Shown: in pieces, positions 10,101-22,200 of the stretch
How positions within the stretch are numbered: the stretch's first letter is position 1
Layout: every line of letters begins with the position of its first letter
Source: a virus
Reading direction: 5' to 3' (one strand)
DNA length: 64,000 nt
Virus record (IMG/VR): IMGVR_UViG_3300028197_001221
Location: 32,001 to 96,000 of that record
The notes under the pieces: model-generated
What the model saw: the letters and a program-made list of their open reading frames with translations, nothing else
Told to the model about the DNA's origin: nothing
The model's database searches: none
Program-made: the position numbers and the translations under genes

Positions 10101-11240
10101 TGTTATTATTTTTATTACTCCTGCTGGATCTCCATCAGTACCCATTTTACTAGTACCCGGATGATCTAAACACGGCAAAAGAACAACTAACATTTCATGA
10201 TTTAATTCATCACATATTTCTTGAATAAAATCTAATAATGATATACTATCATAGTCTACATATTTAATGGGGGGCAACAAAGGAACATCACTAAGATCAA
10301 CTGCATAATTTAAATTTCTAAACTTTACAGTACCACCAAAACCTTGTAGAGCTTCGGGCAGTATTCCGTAATGACCAAACAAAGCGTTAATTCCTTGCGT
10401 GATTCTATAAAAAGGTATGCCCCTTTCGTTTCTTCTGGAAAAACCAGTTCCCGTGTAAGGTCTAGGGTTAAAACCATCATCACCATATTTACTTGCCTTG
10501 GAAGCATTTATTGAATTAAATCTAAAACCAAAAATTTGTTCAAAAGAACCAGCTTCAAAGCCCGGAACCCCATCCATATCGCAACCTTCTAAATCACCGA
10601 TTTCTACATCTGTTCCATCAGTGTATATACTGTCGCTAGTTTTTCGCAATCTATTACTGGCGGGGTCTTTAATATCGTCATTAGTATCATCGGTATTCTG
10701 TTCAAGAAATCCAAACACATTTAAAATATTTGATTGACCTTGATTAGTACCTGAAAAATTATTTAAAATTAACTTCACATTTGAAAGTATTTCTCTAGGA
10801 TCTGTTAGTGATACAGAAAATAAAGGCAGTCCGTCTGGGGATTTAGTTCTTACAAAAGATTGTAATATACCGCCAAAAAGAAAATGATTTTTATCTACAC
10901 TACTTGCTGTATTCCTATTATAATAAACATCTAACATGTGTCTATAAACAGAAGTGATTGGTCTAAACTGACTACCCATAGAGAAAAATACAGGACTGCC
11001 AGCAGGAGGTGGAGCAAAATCGTCTCCTTGACCAGTATGATAAACATCTTGACCGTTTCCTTTTCCAGAGCCGTCCCCTACATTATCTGGATCTACAACA
11101 AGTTCTACATTTAAAGTAGAAGAAGTATCGCCAAAACCAGCATTAGCAGAAAAAGATCTAACAGAAGCTCCTAAAAAGGTCTGTTGATCTATATGCATAG
11201 AAGGATAACTAGCAAATGATTCAAATTCATTAGTTGGCAT
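7119..11240 (-). CDS. Putative baseplate hub/Tal-like tail protein
   Basis: 1373 aa downstream of the tape measure protein. The N-terminal FLGASVRSF...STLNVELV and C-terminal ITSINVDV...IQTIYKM beta patterns resemble hub proteins. Confidence 0.5.
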   Translation of the reverse strand: MPTNEFESFASYPSMHIDQQTFLGASVRSFSANAGFGDTSSTLNVELVVDPDNVGDGSGKGNGQDVYHTGQGDDFAPPPAGSPVFFSMGSQFRPITSVYRHMLDVYYNRNTASSVDKNHFLFGGILQSFVRTKSPDGLPLFSVSLTDPREILSNVKLILNNFSGTNQGQSNILNVFGFLEQNTDDTNDDIKDPASNRLRKTSDSIYTDGTDVEIGDLEGCDMDGVPGFEAGSFEQIFGFRFNSINASKASKYGDDGFNPRPYTGTGFSRRNERGIPFYRITQGINALFGHYGILPEALQGFGGTVKFRNLNYAVDLSDVPLLPPIKYVDYDSISLLDFIQEICDELNHEMLVVLLPCLDHPGTSKMGTDGDPAGVIKIITQDRSVPYNLNSIRKFITYLESLSVAVKSSDLGYEVNNSTTDKFVVGGNVVENHTVKHGSVERNAIDNMQTWKPDNLLNSNIMPYYGLINNRGVTVPVGDGDYQQIMLDATGFYAEGVGNYYIATEMEMRAALKDYQTWRSFLLYYEQLWMEPISDGDIKTYADGESSYKVTVPRCAIPPINKENAFLGGIGKNPCHPPYGFPLYYRRASSIGFAAGSVVSSQAFNTKIMSITGGVANGETGRTSVMIDAALDRLEDMNTSFLTQQEKDFYKKIKNALKSGNFSFIEHANETAIAYNAQAQAVGKRGVANAQRVYNFVNSIARECLGKKFLIRLPQTSAQDRENDFSSLSSYSGESGERNFTFPSDLKLKVNKDPVTNQFKYNYNPEPLGGYPPRDTMTNLNKIHILPNDMKSISGSSGRILCYARFDNSQDLDFSGFSKDTFTQEIFNSATGEYESDFVGFDNTSDTNNTITASYSNLYAKPKEGQQSTAFVKCTLDNKFYMTPEFGADVARSYYGGYDSSSYERRPIKYVDAKTGETKSYQPAEETVYSVTSEQMGSITSSCMNLDYLHTDQRVQPNFRYNLDNVYALITLPSRVASTRSSAYRNCEEHSNLGLKHALQADVTPLFSSPGAAQTGSTKKLNFGVADDAPDEVLNNDNFDKAINKSMSNLTYSLPNKIRTFSPSPVYPDRTSIPLAHNDSYGPWLTNNAIDNPDGDIGGNVEFVKDESLVPWNYGGYLNMNSAGSTIATLGSSYQITSERGSITFASGPLGGYMLGEPLEGEGGPLITSINVDVSTGGIQTIYKMDLFTASFGKMLKSKQEKISRIGRLTQKLEDERNALERKDMGKNSTNQNYHQIQQTIRDTYMSMGKDFSNAESQASAVPPNKFTVSVSPKTDQNPSTGGVYSNNQFSSSVLSGEDLEAGLPKLANSTENLSRQYYNSVQCSLEDFKQPASLEPHKNMASKNPTNFKTNLHFYEFEDDYTTEQITYWRMS

Positions 11241-11260
11241 AATGTTTTCCTAATTTAATC

Positions 11261-11722
11261 TTAATAAGGAGAGTATGGAGAAACGTCTCTCTTGTTTCTA
11301 GTCCACGGAACGTTTTGAGTTGCAAGTGTAGGATCATCATCTAGGGAAGTAGTTGTAGAACCAGTTACTGGGAGCAGCGAACTTCCCCCCTCAGACGAGC
11401 CAGAATAATGTATATAACTACTGTGATTAAGATCTACTTTTACTGAGGTGTGCGCTGTAGATATTGTAGGATAATAAGTCCTTACAAATCTACCACCATT
11501 ACCAAATTTTGTCACATCAAATATAGTACCCCCAGCAGAACTATTTTGTTTATTACGTATATCTGGATTGTATAATACAGAATCAAGAGGTTTAGATGCT
11601 CTAACAATCCCTATATTATACTTGCTTGAATCAGTAATAACATTAAGATATTGTGGAGTATATGCAATTCCACCTAAAATATTATTAAGACTACCAAAAG
11701 TATTAGAATTATATTCTGACAT
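11261..11722 (-). CDS. Hypothetical structural protein
   Basis: 153-aa ORF coupled to the upstream stop (TAATG). Confidence 0.6.
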   Translation of the reverse strand: MSEYNSNTFGSLNNILGGIAYTPQYLNVITDSSKYNIGIVRASKPLDSVLYNPDIRNKQNSSAGGTIFDVTKFGNGGRFVRTYYPTISTAHTSVKVDLNHSSYIHYSGSSEGGSSLLPVTGSTTTSLDDDPTLATQNVPWTRNKRDVSPYSPY

Positions 11723-13257
11723 TATTTATAAACCCATTCTAAAGTTAAAGAATATCTACCATCTAGTGGAGACCAGCTTTCTGAGGGAGGGCTTAAGTAC
11801 CAAGTTGAAGCACTATTGGTGGAAGGTTCGTATGATTCTATTAACCCTCTTAAAGTAGATTTATAAGGCTCTGTTCTACTTGGAGATCCAACTAAACTAT
11901 TTCCACTATAACCAATATTTTTAAAATCAAATTGAATATCTATACTTAAACTTCTTCTATATTCAGTTCTGCCAAAAGTAAACTGTAAGATAGGTCCGGT
12001 GCTACCACCTATAACTGGTATCACAGCATATTGATCTCCGGGCGATGTGTCAGAGACTGTTACATTTTCTGAAATAGCGTTTACAAAGTAATTTGTAGGT
12101 CTATTGTCATAGCTAGCACTGTAGGTGACTTCGCCTGTAATTTCATTTGCTGATACGCTAACTGATAAAGGTCTTGCATTTAAAGTTATACCAACCGCAC
12201 TATTAGCTCTTCTATACATTTCACTAGCTATGCCACAAGCACCGCCATTAGATATAGTACTCCACTTAGACTGAGCGTTTGATATAGGAGAGTCGCTTGC
12301 GTTAGCGTTTGATGTATCCCACTCGTTATCTTGTTCCCAATATGAAATTCCTTTTATAGTACCATTTACGGATGCTCCAACAAAGGGATTGCTTGCGTCA
12401 TCGCTTGATGAAATTTCAAAAGTTTCTATAGCTTGCGTAAATCCTTTAATTAATACAAACGTATCTGTATAAGTAGCAGATCCAGAAGCTTTATCTATTG
12501 ATATTACTCTAGAGTGATCAGCTGCAAATTGATTTGTTGTTCCGACAGATGCAGACCCTAAGAAAGAACTAATCCCCTTATAAACATTTGTACCAGTACC
12601 TAAAAACTGATATATATAATTATTAGCTTGTTCCCAAGCAGCTAAACCACTATTACGCTTGGATGTATTAGAGGTGTCTACCGCAGACCCAGTAGCCGTC
12701 ACAGTTCTAACAAGTCTTTGTATTCTTGGAAAAGTGGCACTCCCCGCAGCATTTGTATAACCAAAACTTTCATCTGGAGTTATTTCAAAAGTTTCGTTAA
12801 AATCTTCTAGATTATAATTTGCGAGTGATGGAGATTGAGCTAATGTATCAGCATCAAAATGCAACCCTCTCTCATCAGAATTTTCTTTAGTAGCATTTAT
12901 TGTGATAGTATACGCACACGTATTTACATATATACCTTCTTGAAAATCTATAGACTGAACAGTTAGCCCACTATACACCATAGCGCCTACTGTTAATTGA
13001 TTAGATTTATGAACTAATTTTGTAATTGCTTTTTGAATACTTATTATTTTAGATGCGCCTTCTCCAGTTACACCTCCACCGCCAGAAATTATTGTGTCTT
13101 TGCTGCCCGCACCAACTAGTATAGTTCCAACTAAAGTTATAGTGTGACTTTTTCCAAAGTGAATAAGTTTGTTTTCTAAGGGTGAACTAGATATAGAAAC
13201 CAAAGGAACTGGATTATATATTTGCCCTCCATCAAAAACTATTGCTGGTGTTGACAT
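11722..13257 (-). CDS. Putative distal tail/baseplate protein
   Basis: 511 aa, beta-rich, with internal repeats (VTATG/VNGTIKG; ATYTDTF/VTYSASY). Lies after the tape measure and giant genes. Confidence 0.5.
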   Translation of the reverse strand: MSTPAIVFDGGQIYNPVPLVSISSSPLENKLIHFGKSHTITLVGTILVGAGSKDTIISGGGGVTGEGASKIISIQKAITKLVHKSNQLTVGAMVYSGLTVQSIDFQEGIYVNTCAYTITINATKENSDERGLHFDADTLAQSPSLANYNLEDFNETFEITPDESFGYTNAAGSATFPRIQRLVRTVTATGSAVDTSNTSKRNSGLAAWEQANNYIYQFLGTGTNVYKGISSFLGSASVGTTNQFAADHSRVISIDKASGSATYTDTFVLIKGFTQAIETFEISSSDDASNPFVGASVNGTIKGISYWEQDNEWDTSNANASDSPISNAQSKWSTISNGGACGIASEMYRRANSAVGITLNARPLSVSVSANEITGEVTYSASYDNRPTNYFVNAISENVTVSDTSPGDQYAVIPVIGGSTGPILQFTFGRTEYRRSLSIDIQFDFKNIGYSGNSLVGSPSRTEPYKSTLRGLIESYEPSTNSASTWYLSPPSESWSPLDGRYSLTLEWVYK

Positions 13258-13290
13258 TTTTTATTTTCCTTATGTATTTTATTAAAAGGG

Positions 13291-16200
13291 TTATACTTGG
13301 AAGTGACCCTTAGTATGTAAAATCATTTCATCTACGCCGGATGCTGAAGTTTCAACGTGCATATTTAATGGATCGCCAGAATTATTGATACTCTCCATTA
13401 CACTTCCTGATATAGAAAGATTAAAAATATCATCTCCAGAATTATCGGCTATTCCTAAAACGCCAAAGGTATTCAACCTTAGTTCTATATCATTATACAC
13501 ATTTCCTATACCGGAAGGTTTAATGAGATTCATACTAGAAGACGTAGAAGGAGGCTTTCCGCTTATGAATAATCTATTATATCCTGCCAAAAATGTTCCA
13601 AAGTAATAAGCTCCATGAATTTGTTCAATAAATGGCCTGTGGGACACATATCCCTTTGGATTAGAATCTTGTCCTGAAGCTTCTATAAATATTTCACCCT
13701 TTTCGTTAGCATATACTAAGCCTTCTTTATATAGGCTGTGGTTTGTTTTTGTGCCATTCTTGAAATCAAACAGAAGGTATTTTTCATGATCTTGTACGTT
13801 CATGCTTCCGAATATTCTGCCAGCTAAATTTGTGTCTGGATGAGAAAAGGAAGGAGCTTGTCTTCTAAGCATTGCGTCATAGTTGTAAACAGCTCCACCA
13901 GAAGATAGTATTTGAGACGAGATTCCAGAACCATAAGAATGAGAAGGGCTACCTACTACCAATGTATAATCTTGATCGGATCTAGCGTTTCTGTCTAGAG
14001 CAACAGATCTTCCAAAGAAATCATTTTCATTTACAGAGTTGTAACCTTGAGGTATAAGCTTCTGTATATATACCCAATCTTGTCTCTTTGATCCCCAATC
14101 CGAAATTTTATTTTCATAAGTATAAACTGCTCCCTGATTTCCTGAGCCACCAATGTCAAAATCATTTTTGTCTATTTGTGTTACATCAAATTGATCATTA
14201 AATTCTTTTCTAACAAATTCTCCAGAAGCTCCCACATCAGCTGTTTTTGTTATGCTGGCAGTTCCATCGTGAGACGGTGCTGATATAGCTATTACATCAC
14301 CATCAATATCAAAGGACATGCCGAATTGATCACCAGCATTCAATGTGTCTGGTCTAAATTTCCCAGTACATGACCAAGCCGTTTGAACTGATGAATTAAC
14401 AGATACTTGATTATAATCTCTAGTAAATTTATAGACAGATCCAGCACCACCGTCATGTCCTAACTCAGCGTTTAACATAGGTGTATTTGGAGAGTTATTT
14501 ATAACTTCATTCCAAGACGTAATGTTTTCTCCAGAAAAAGCAGCGAAAGGTGCAGAGATGTAAACTTCACCTTTATGTATCTTTACCTTGTACCCAAACA
14601 AGTCGCCGGGATACCCAGATATATGAGGTTGCATTTCATGAAAATCTAAAAAGTCATATCCAAATGTTTCCATTAAGGAGTTACGACCTTCTCCATAGCC
14701 ATTGTCTTCATATGTTACACCGTCAATATCAACCTTAAATCTACACCAAGTTCCCATAGAAACCATGTCTCCAGAGAATGCAGCTATTCTTCCAAGTCTT
14801 GCTCTTTCTATGGCAACATCATCAACTGGTGGCATTGGATTTTTATATGTCTGGTAACTTGGAGAGACAGCCTTTGCTGGTTCAAGTGGAGCAATCCAAG
14901 CTCTACTTGGAAAATCTATGGAAGCTTCATCATTACCAAACCGGCTCGGATCTTTAATAGAATTCTGAGCATAACCTCCAAAGAGATTGTTAAACCCACT
15001 ATTAATTTCAGAACTCATTAATTTAGCAGGACTAGTTTTTTCTGGAGAAACAATTTTTAACACATTTTCATATATTAAACTTCCCCCGTATTCGTCTTCG
15101 TAATAAACCTCAGATTCTTGACTCCTATAATCCGCTGGATATAGACTTCTTAAAAATTCTATAACATCTCCATTAATCCAATTATCTCTGTCAGGCAGTC
15201 TAACATTACTTCCTTGAATTAAGCTGGCATCACTAATAACTGTAATTCTAGACTTTGCAGCACCAGTTAGGAAAGGTCTCTGATGATAAATTTCTTGTGC
15301 AGCTGTAACTGGACCGTCACGAAGCTCTGGGCCGGGAGTTCCAAAACCTTCTTCGCTACTACAAAAATCAGTTGGGCAATATTTACTACTATCAGAACTA
15401 ATTTCTTGTATTAATTCTTGAGTAGTAGTAGAAGCAGGAGTCCCTTCAGAAAACAATTCTGTTCTGAAACTGGTAATTGGCCTCCGTACAGTTGTAACTT
15501 CAGTTCCTAGCTTGACTCCAGACATACCTATCAATCTTTGAGTATATGTTGATTCTGGATCATTTTTTTCATAGCCAAAATAATCACCCTGTATGTATAC
15601 GGATATACTAGAAATGCCAGACGGAACGGTAAAGTCCATATGATGCGTATATTCTATTCCTCCATAATTTTCTATAGGCCACTCACCTTCACCTAGATTT
15701 GATCCGACCTCATCCGGATTTTGCCTTCCAGCGCTTTGTCTTACTCCACTTTTGATGTCTGCAACTGTTTGCCAATAATCTCTCCCGTAAACTAATGGGT
15801 CTGATATTTCATGCAACCTATCACTGGATGTTGTTTCTATTCGTACACCAGCATTAACATTGCTAACATAAACACCAAGAACTCGCCCCTCAGAAAAACG
15901 TTCAGATGCAAAAGTTGCAAAAAATCTATAACTTTCTTCAGCCTCTACTGGGAAATCAACCCTCGCAGTACCTGTTCTCATAAAGGCAGTTCCAGTGTCA
16001 GCAGTTCTTTTATCAACAATTTTTACATTATAATATAGCAGAGTATTAACAGCGAAAATATTTTCAAAACAAACTGTCAAATATCTATCAATGTGGGAAT
16101 CGTTTACTTCACGTAGACGAGAAAGTTCTCCCCTCTTACCATCTATAAAGTCAGTATTAAACCGATTGAGACTAATATTATCTATTTTAGTGCTACCACG

Positions 16201-19200
16201 GGGTATACCCTCTAGAGGCAAGTTTGGAACTCCTGTATCTTCCAATGTTGCATACTTATGTTTACTCTCTAAAAACAAAGGTCTAATGTTTGATCCTAGC
16301 TTAGACAAAGTAGTCTGCAATTTAGATATTCTATTCATGATCTCTTGCTGGACACTGTTATTGTTCCAATCTTCATTACTGTCTCGATTTATACGTTTCC
16401 CAACAGTAATCACAATCTTTCTATTCTCTGCGCCATTAAGCCAAGTTTTTAACTGTGCCGCTTCTTGGTCACTAGGAATATTATCAGTATTTGCTATCCA
16501 TAAAACATCATATTGAGAAGCCACTTGGTTTATCTGTGACATCTGTACATTTTCAAATACTTCATAGTTTAATACCCACTGGAACGTGCTAGCAAGTCTA
16601 GACTGATCATAACCATCAATAAAAGATGTTCGTTCCGTCCAACCACCCAGTTGTGCAACTCTAGTGTTTCCATTAGATGTTTTATCTAAAAGGTTCATAT
16701 AGAAGATAACATTTGTGTCACCACCAGCAGATAGAGACTGTGAAGATTCAAGCTCAGTTGTTGTCATAACAACTATCTTGGCAGTAGTATTTAACAATTG
16801 TTCTTCCACGCAAATTGGAAATGTGTCTTGAACTTCTACATTATAGTCTTCTGTTTCTTCCAATATTTCAGCCCGTGCCATAAACAAAGCATTTTTACCA
16901 TTCTGCTCTAATATAGGATTGTCTTCATTTAAGAATAGACTATTAGATACTGTTCCAAATTCGTTATAATTTATATACGTATAGTTTCCACTATCATGTG
17001 TAATGGCAAATTCTATTTCAGTGCTGACATCATCTTCATCGTAGATAGATCCACCCACTATGGTTTCGTATCCAGATATATATGGTACTTCCCTATAGAC
17101 GGGACCAGTTGCTTCTCTATGAAACGTAAGAATTTTCTTTTCTGCTGCTGCCAAGATAGGAATAGGTTCGTAGTTTTTCCTAGGAAATTCTTGACAAGGT
17201 ATTGCAGGGTCGCAACATCCACAGTTATAAGTTTCTGGAAGATTATGAGTACCATAAGCGAAAGCAATATTAACCTTATAGCTAACTTTTTTTTGTTGAC
17301 AATTGAAACACTCTTCATTCCACTCTGCTCTTAAATCTCCCTCATGTTTAATAATATGGTTACATCTATTGTTTAACTTAAAATAACCTAGTTTCTGACC
17401 AGCATCTATTAAAGAAGTAAGTTCATCTAAACCCTGAAGTATATTGTCTACTTTAGGCTTACTACAATCATAACCCATAAAGATACTTTCATCATACAGT
17501 CTGATATCAGCAACGCCAGAACCTCGCATGTTTCCACCATACACATATGTAGAAGTAGTCTTGTCTGGTACAAAAGATGGTATAGTATTATAATACAATC
17601 CCGTATCTTGATCTACCATAGACTCATATCTATTAGCAGCTGGATATAACCTCATTCTAGAATCCAAGTTAGTCAAAAGCCTATTAATAATAGAGTTGGA
17701 ATAAGAGTATGCTCCATCTCTGTCGTATTGATCAGTTTCAAACACTGGATCATCACCCACCAGTACGAGATGTCTATCACCTAACCCCAACCAATTTTGA
17801 ATATTATCTATGTACTCTTTACTGAGTCTATCTATCTCTGGAGTAATTATAAATAATAAACCAACGTCTTGTGGGATTTCTGGATCTTCAAATCCACTTT
17901 CTATATATCGGTCACTGCCATAAGTAGATTTAAATAATTCGTCATAATATCTATCCAAGTGATTATCAGCATCTTCAATAGTATAATCTTTGTCTGTCAA
18001 CAAGTATTTGCTTTTTTCTATAGTTCTATGCAAATTACCCCACGCTCCGAATTGCATAACTTTGTCATGCTCGAAGTATTTTCTAGCCTGCAAAACTCTT
18101 ACAGATCCAGCATTAACGTTAGAGAACCATTGTTGTGGATTACTAGATTGTGATCCCGGCTTATACCATAAAATTCCTTCGTCAGTAGCGCCGATACTAT
18201 CCGTTGGAGATCCTATAGCAAGTAAGGTTCCATCCTCATTTAAGTCCACGCTATAACCTAGCCTTGGATTAGGCATGTACTTAGAAGTTAGCCAACTCCA
18301 AGAGTGACTAGGATTTATTTGAGAATCATTTATTTCTGAGGATAAGAAGTATCCTGTATACACTTCATTGTAAGCAAGTCTATAAGTGTATTGACCGCTA
18401 GGAGATAGGCTGTCATATACTTCTAAAGCAGCTTGTCTTCGATTCCCAGCATTAATGGCAGTCTGTCTTTTGAATAAGTAAGAAGTTTTAGCTCTTCTTA
18501 ATTCTAAAACATCGTTGGTTCCAATTCGTAGTATCCAATTTTCAAAATAATCGTAAAAATAATTAAAACCACCATAGCCATAAGATAATTCATAAACTCT
18601 AACTTGAGAAGACATGTATGGAGAACCTATTACTAAAGCACTACCGTCTTCGCTAATCGCTACATCATGACCAAATCTATCCACAGCAACAGAGTTGCTA
18701 GTAGTAGGGGAATCAATTCTCTGTATAGTTTTCCAACCATCATCAAATTTTTCAAATACAAACACAGCTCCACCACTAGGAGCAGCTACATTAAATCCTT
18801 CTGTTGAGGTATTGAATGTACCAAAACTACTTCCAGCAAATAATTTGTAATCTAGTGTTTCTACCAACCTGTTTATATTTAAAGTAGAGTCTAATAAACT
18901 TATGGCTTGACCAAACCAAACTTCTGTATTTGTAAAACGTTCGTCATCATCGCTACTGGTTGTATCATCCCTACCATCGTTACCGCCGATACTTGTAACA
19001 ATAGAAGGTCTAGCGGGTTGATTTAAATGATTTACCAACCCCTTATCATAAGCTTCTTGAGAAACCCAATTCATAAATCTTTCTAATCCACCATTACCTT
19101 CAAGAGCGGTGTTGCTAGTAGAACCAACAGCTCTTGTTCCGTAAGATATGGATGTATCTACAAAGAATCCAATTATAGCGGGCTGATTACTATTTTGCTT

Positions 19201-22200
19201 AGATGCATCTTGGTAATAGCGTTCATGATATATTTCCTTCAAGTCTGTAAATAATTGTTCATTTGTTGCTTCGATCTCAGAAGGAACTGAACCAGATACT
19301 CTATGAACTTGTTTTTTGAACACAAAGTCGGGATCTTCAATTCTAGCCTCTGACCAATCAGGACCAGCTGGTATATTAGTACCAAGTATTCCTTCGCATA
19401 TTATAATTTCTACATTAAAACTTACAGGAGGATCAGAGAAGTATCTAAACATAAGATCTTTTTTCTCTATAACTGGCAATAAATCATCAGGTACTGTACT
19501 TCCTCTTACTCTAGGAAACGGAGAGCAAGGAATAAATTCATCAGTAAGCACGAACAAAACTATATTAACTGGTTCAGGTATAGCGTCTGTAAATGTCCTG
19601 TCCCACTTAGCTCCCGGCGCTCCAGCAACTACGACCTCTCTACCATCATGTTTTGCTATTGAAACTGAATGTCCTAACTCTCTGCCCTTTTGACCGACAG
19701 ACCAATACCTTTTAGATCCAACTCCAAGAACTGTGTCAAACCTTGCTCCCGGCTCTCTATATTTTATTGCAATTTCTTCTTCTCTATATGAATCCACCAA
19801 ATGACCACTTGGTAAGGATAAATGTGACTCAAAGGACCAGCTAGATTGATCAGGCTGATCAGTCCAATCATTTCCGGTAGGAGCAGAATTTCTTCTGTAT
19901 ATAAAGACACTACCAGCATTAGGAACAAGAGAACCGTCATGTTCTACTAAGTCATAACTAGGAACACCAATAGCCATTAAATCATCTAATACATCTACAG
20001 AGTATCCAAACTTATCATTCAATGCTCTATCTGGATCTGGAGGAACAATTTTAATACCAGAATAATCTACTTCGTTATTAGTCCCATATCCCCATTCTGA
20101 TATTTCTCTAGGTACATCTAATACTCCATCATCTCCAGTTTTAGCAGTCATAAATAAACTGTAAGGCCCACCGGGAATAAGGTTTGTGAATTTTCTAACA
20201 CCGTAATAATTATTATCATAACCACTACTAATAGTGTTAAATGCTGTTACATTAGGGTTGCTATATACACCTTTAGGTCTAATTACCCCACCGTCTATAC
20301 ATTCTTGAGAGTACCACAGCGTATCGTGAGTAATAATGTCAGGTTCATCACAACCTTTATTGTTATCACACGATGAGTGACACATTGTGATAACGCCTCT
20401 AATTTCATCATCAGCTTCTAACGAAAGCAAATCATTATCTTCTAATACAATTTCAGTTCCAATATTCTGATCGTTCCAATCAAATGCTTGCAAATAATTG
20501 TCCCATCCAAGTTGACCAACATTTAAAGTGTGCAAAAACATCTGCCCACTAGATGTTACTATACTAGGATCATACGCATTAACATATAAATTAAATGTAG
20601 CATCATCAATTTTACCACCATACTCCGTTTCAATTCTTTCAATTTCTACATACAAATTGAAGTTTTCTTTTTTTGTTCTTTTTCTTCTTTGCGATGGGCC
20701 AACACTTCCAGTATCTGCATACCTACCGCCACCTCCAAACAAGTAAAGGTTACAGTCTTGACTAAATTCATCATGTTCATTTCCAGCAGAATCTATTCCA
20801 CGTAAGAAAAAGTTTAGTTCTGATTCTGAATAATCATAAGTAAACTTATCTGTGTTTAATAAAAATAATGTACATCCTGTATCTTTATTAAACGTAGGAG
20901 GAGGAGGTGGTGGTAGAGTGGTAGATGTGGTTGCGCTTACTGATGGATCTGGTAAACTATGTTCAATTGGGAATACTCCCTCTGGTATAGTTGGCAATGC
21001 TGTTTGTAGAATGCCACCAGTAAATGAAGATCTAGAAGCACCGAGTGTAATTCTTAAATCATCTAGGAATATAGAATAATTTGGAGACGATGGTTCGTTT
21101 GTTGAACCAAGTCCTCCCCCCGTAATCATGCTTGGAAAAATTTTGAACTCAGGATATATTGTGTCCCAACCGTTTTCACGGGCTTGTGATAACAAGTAGT
21201 CTGGTTCCACAAGGCTCTCTATATCGGGCCACCCAAAATATAGTCCTTCACCAACAATAGCTCCATCTAATATAATATATACTTTATCTTCAATAGCTGA
21301 AATTGCTACATGATGCCACTTATCATAATCAAAAACTACAGGAGCTACTATACGATGAGCGCGACATGTTTCCTCTAAATAGTCATTAGAAAAATCATCA
21401 TCTACTCTTCTGGGGGCTTCTGGAAAAGTGCTAAAATACTCGAATGTAAACGAGTGCAGATATGCTGGCAAGCCTTGTCCAAGATGATCGACAGCGTTAG
21501 GATTATTAGATGTTGTAGCATTGTAATTAATTGAAAAACTCATGCCAGTTTCTACGGTGTTATAACCAACTCCTCCCCACGCTTCATTTGCCAATATGTT
21601 GGCGCTGGAACTATGCCAACTGTGCTGTGGAACATAACCAGTACTATAGCCCTCTTGATCTCTCAATATATAAACACGCTCTCTTGCCTCTGATTTTACA
21701 TCGTCTAGGTACATTGCTGCACCCTGTACGCCAAAGGTGTTGTAACTTCTACCAAAAATAGCTGAACTAAAATAATTTTCGTGGGGTGATACATGTGGGA
21801 TTAATGATGACGGGTCTGGTACACGTAGGAAAAATTCTATAGTCCATTTAGAAGTCCAAAGTTTTGGATCTAAAGCTAGGCTCTTAAAGTTTGCTCCATA
21901 GCGTGTTTGCACATCCCCTGCCCCTCCGGTGGCGGCTTCTTGATCAAATATCCTCAGAGATCGTCTACCAAAATGACGATACAAATCACTAGTTGGTAAG
22001 TTCTTTAAATAAGTTAATCCAAAAGCTTTTTCAAACCCTCCTCTAGTCATGTTGCTACCACTATTATTTTTACCACTCATATCTCTTGTTGAAGCATTAG
22101 CGTTTTCAAAATCAAGTAGCAAATTTACATAACCGCCAAGGTCATCTGTCTCTACATTAGAAGAGCCAAACAAAACAGGATCGTTATTAAATATAGCGTT

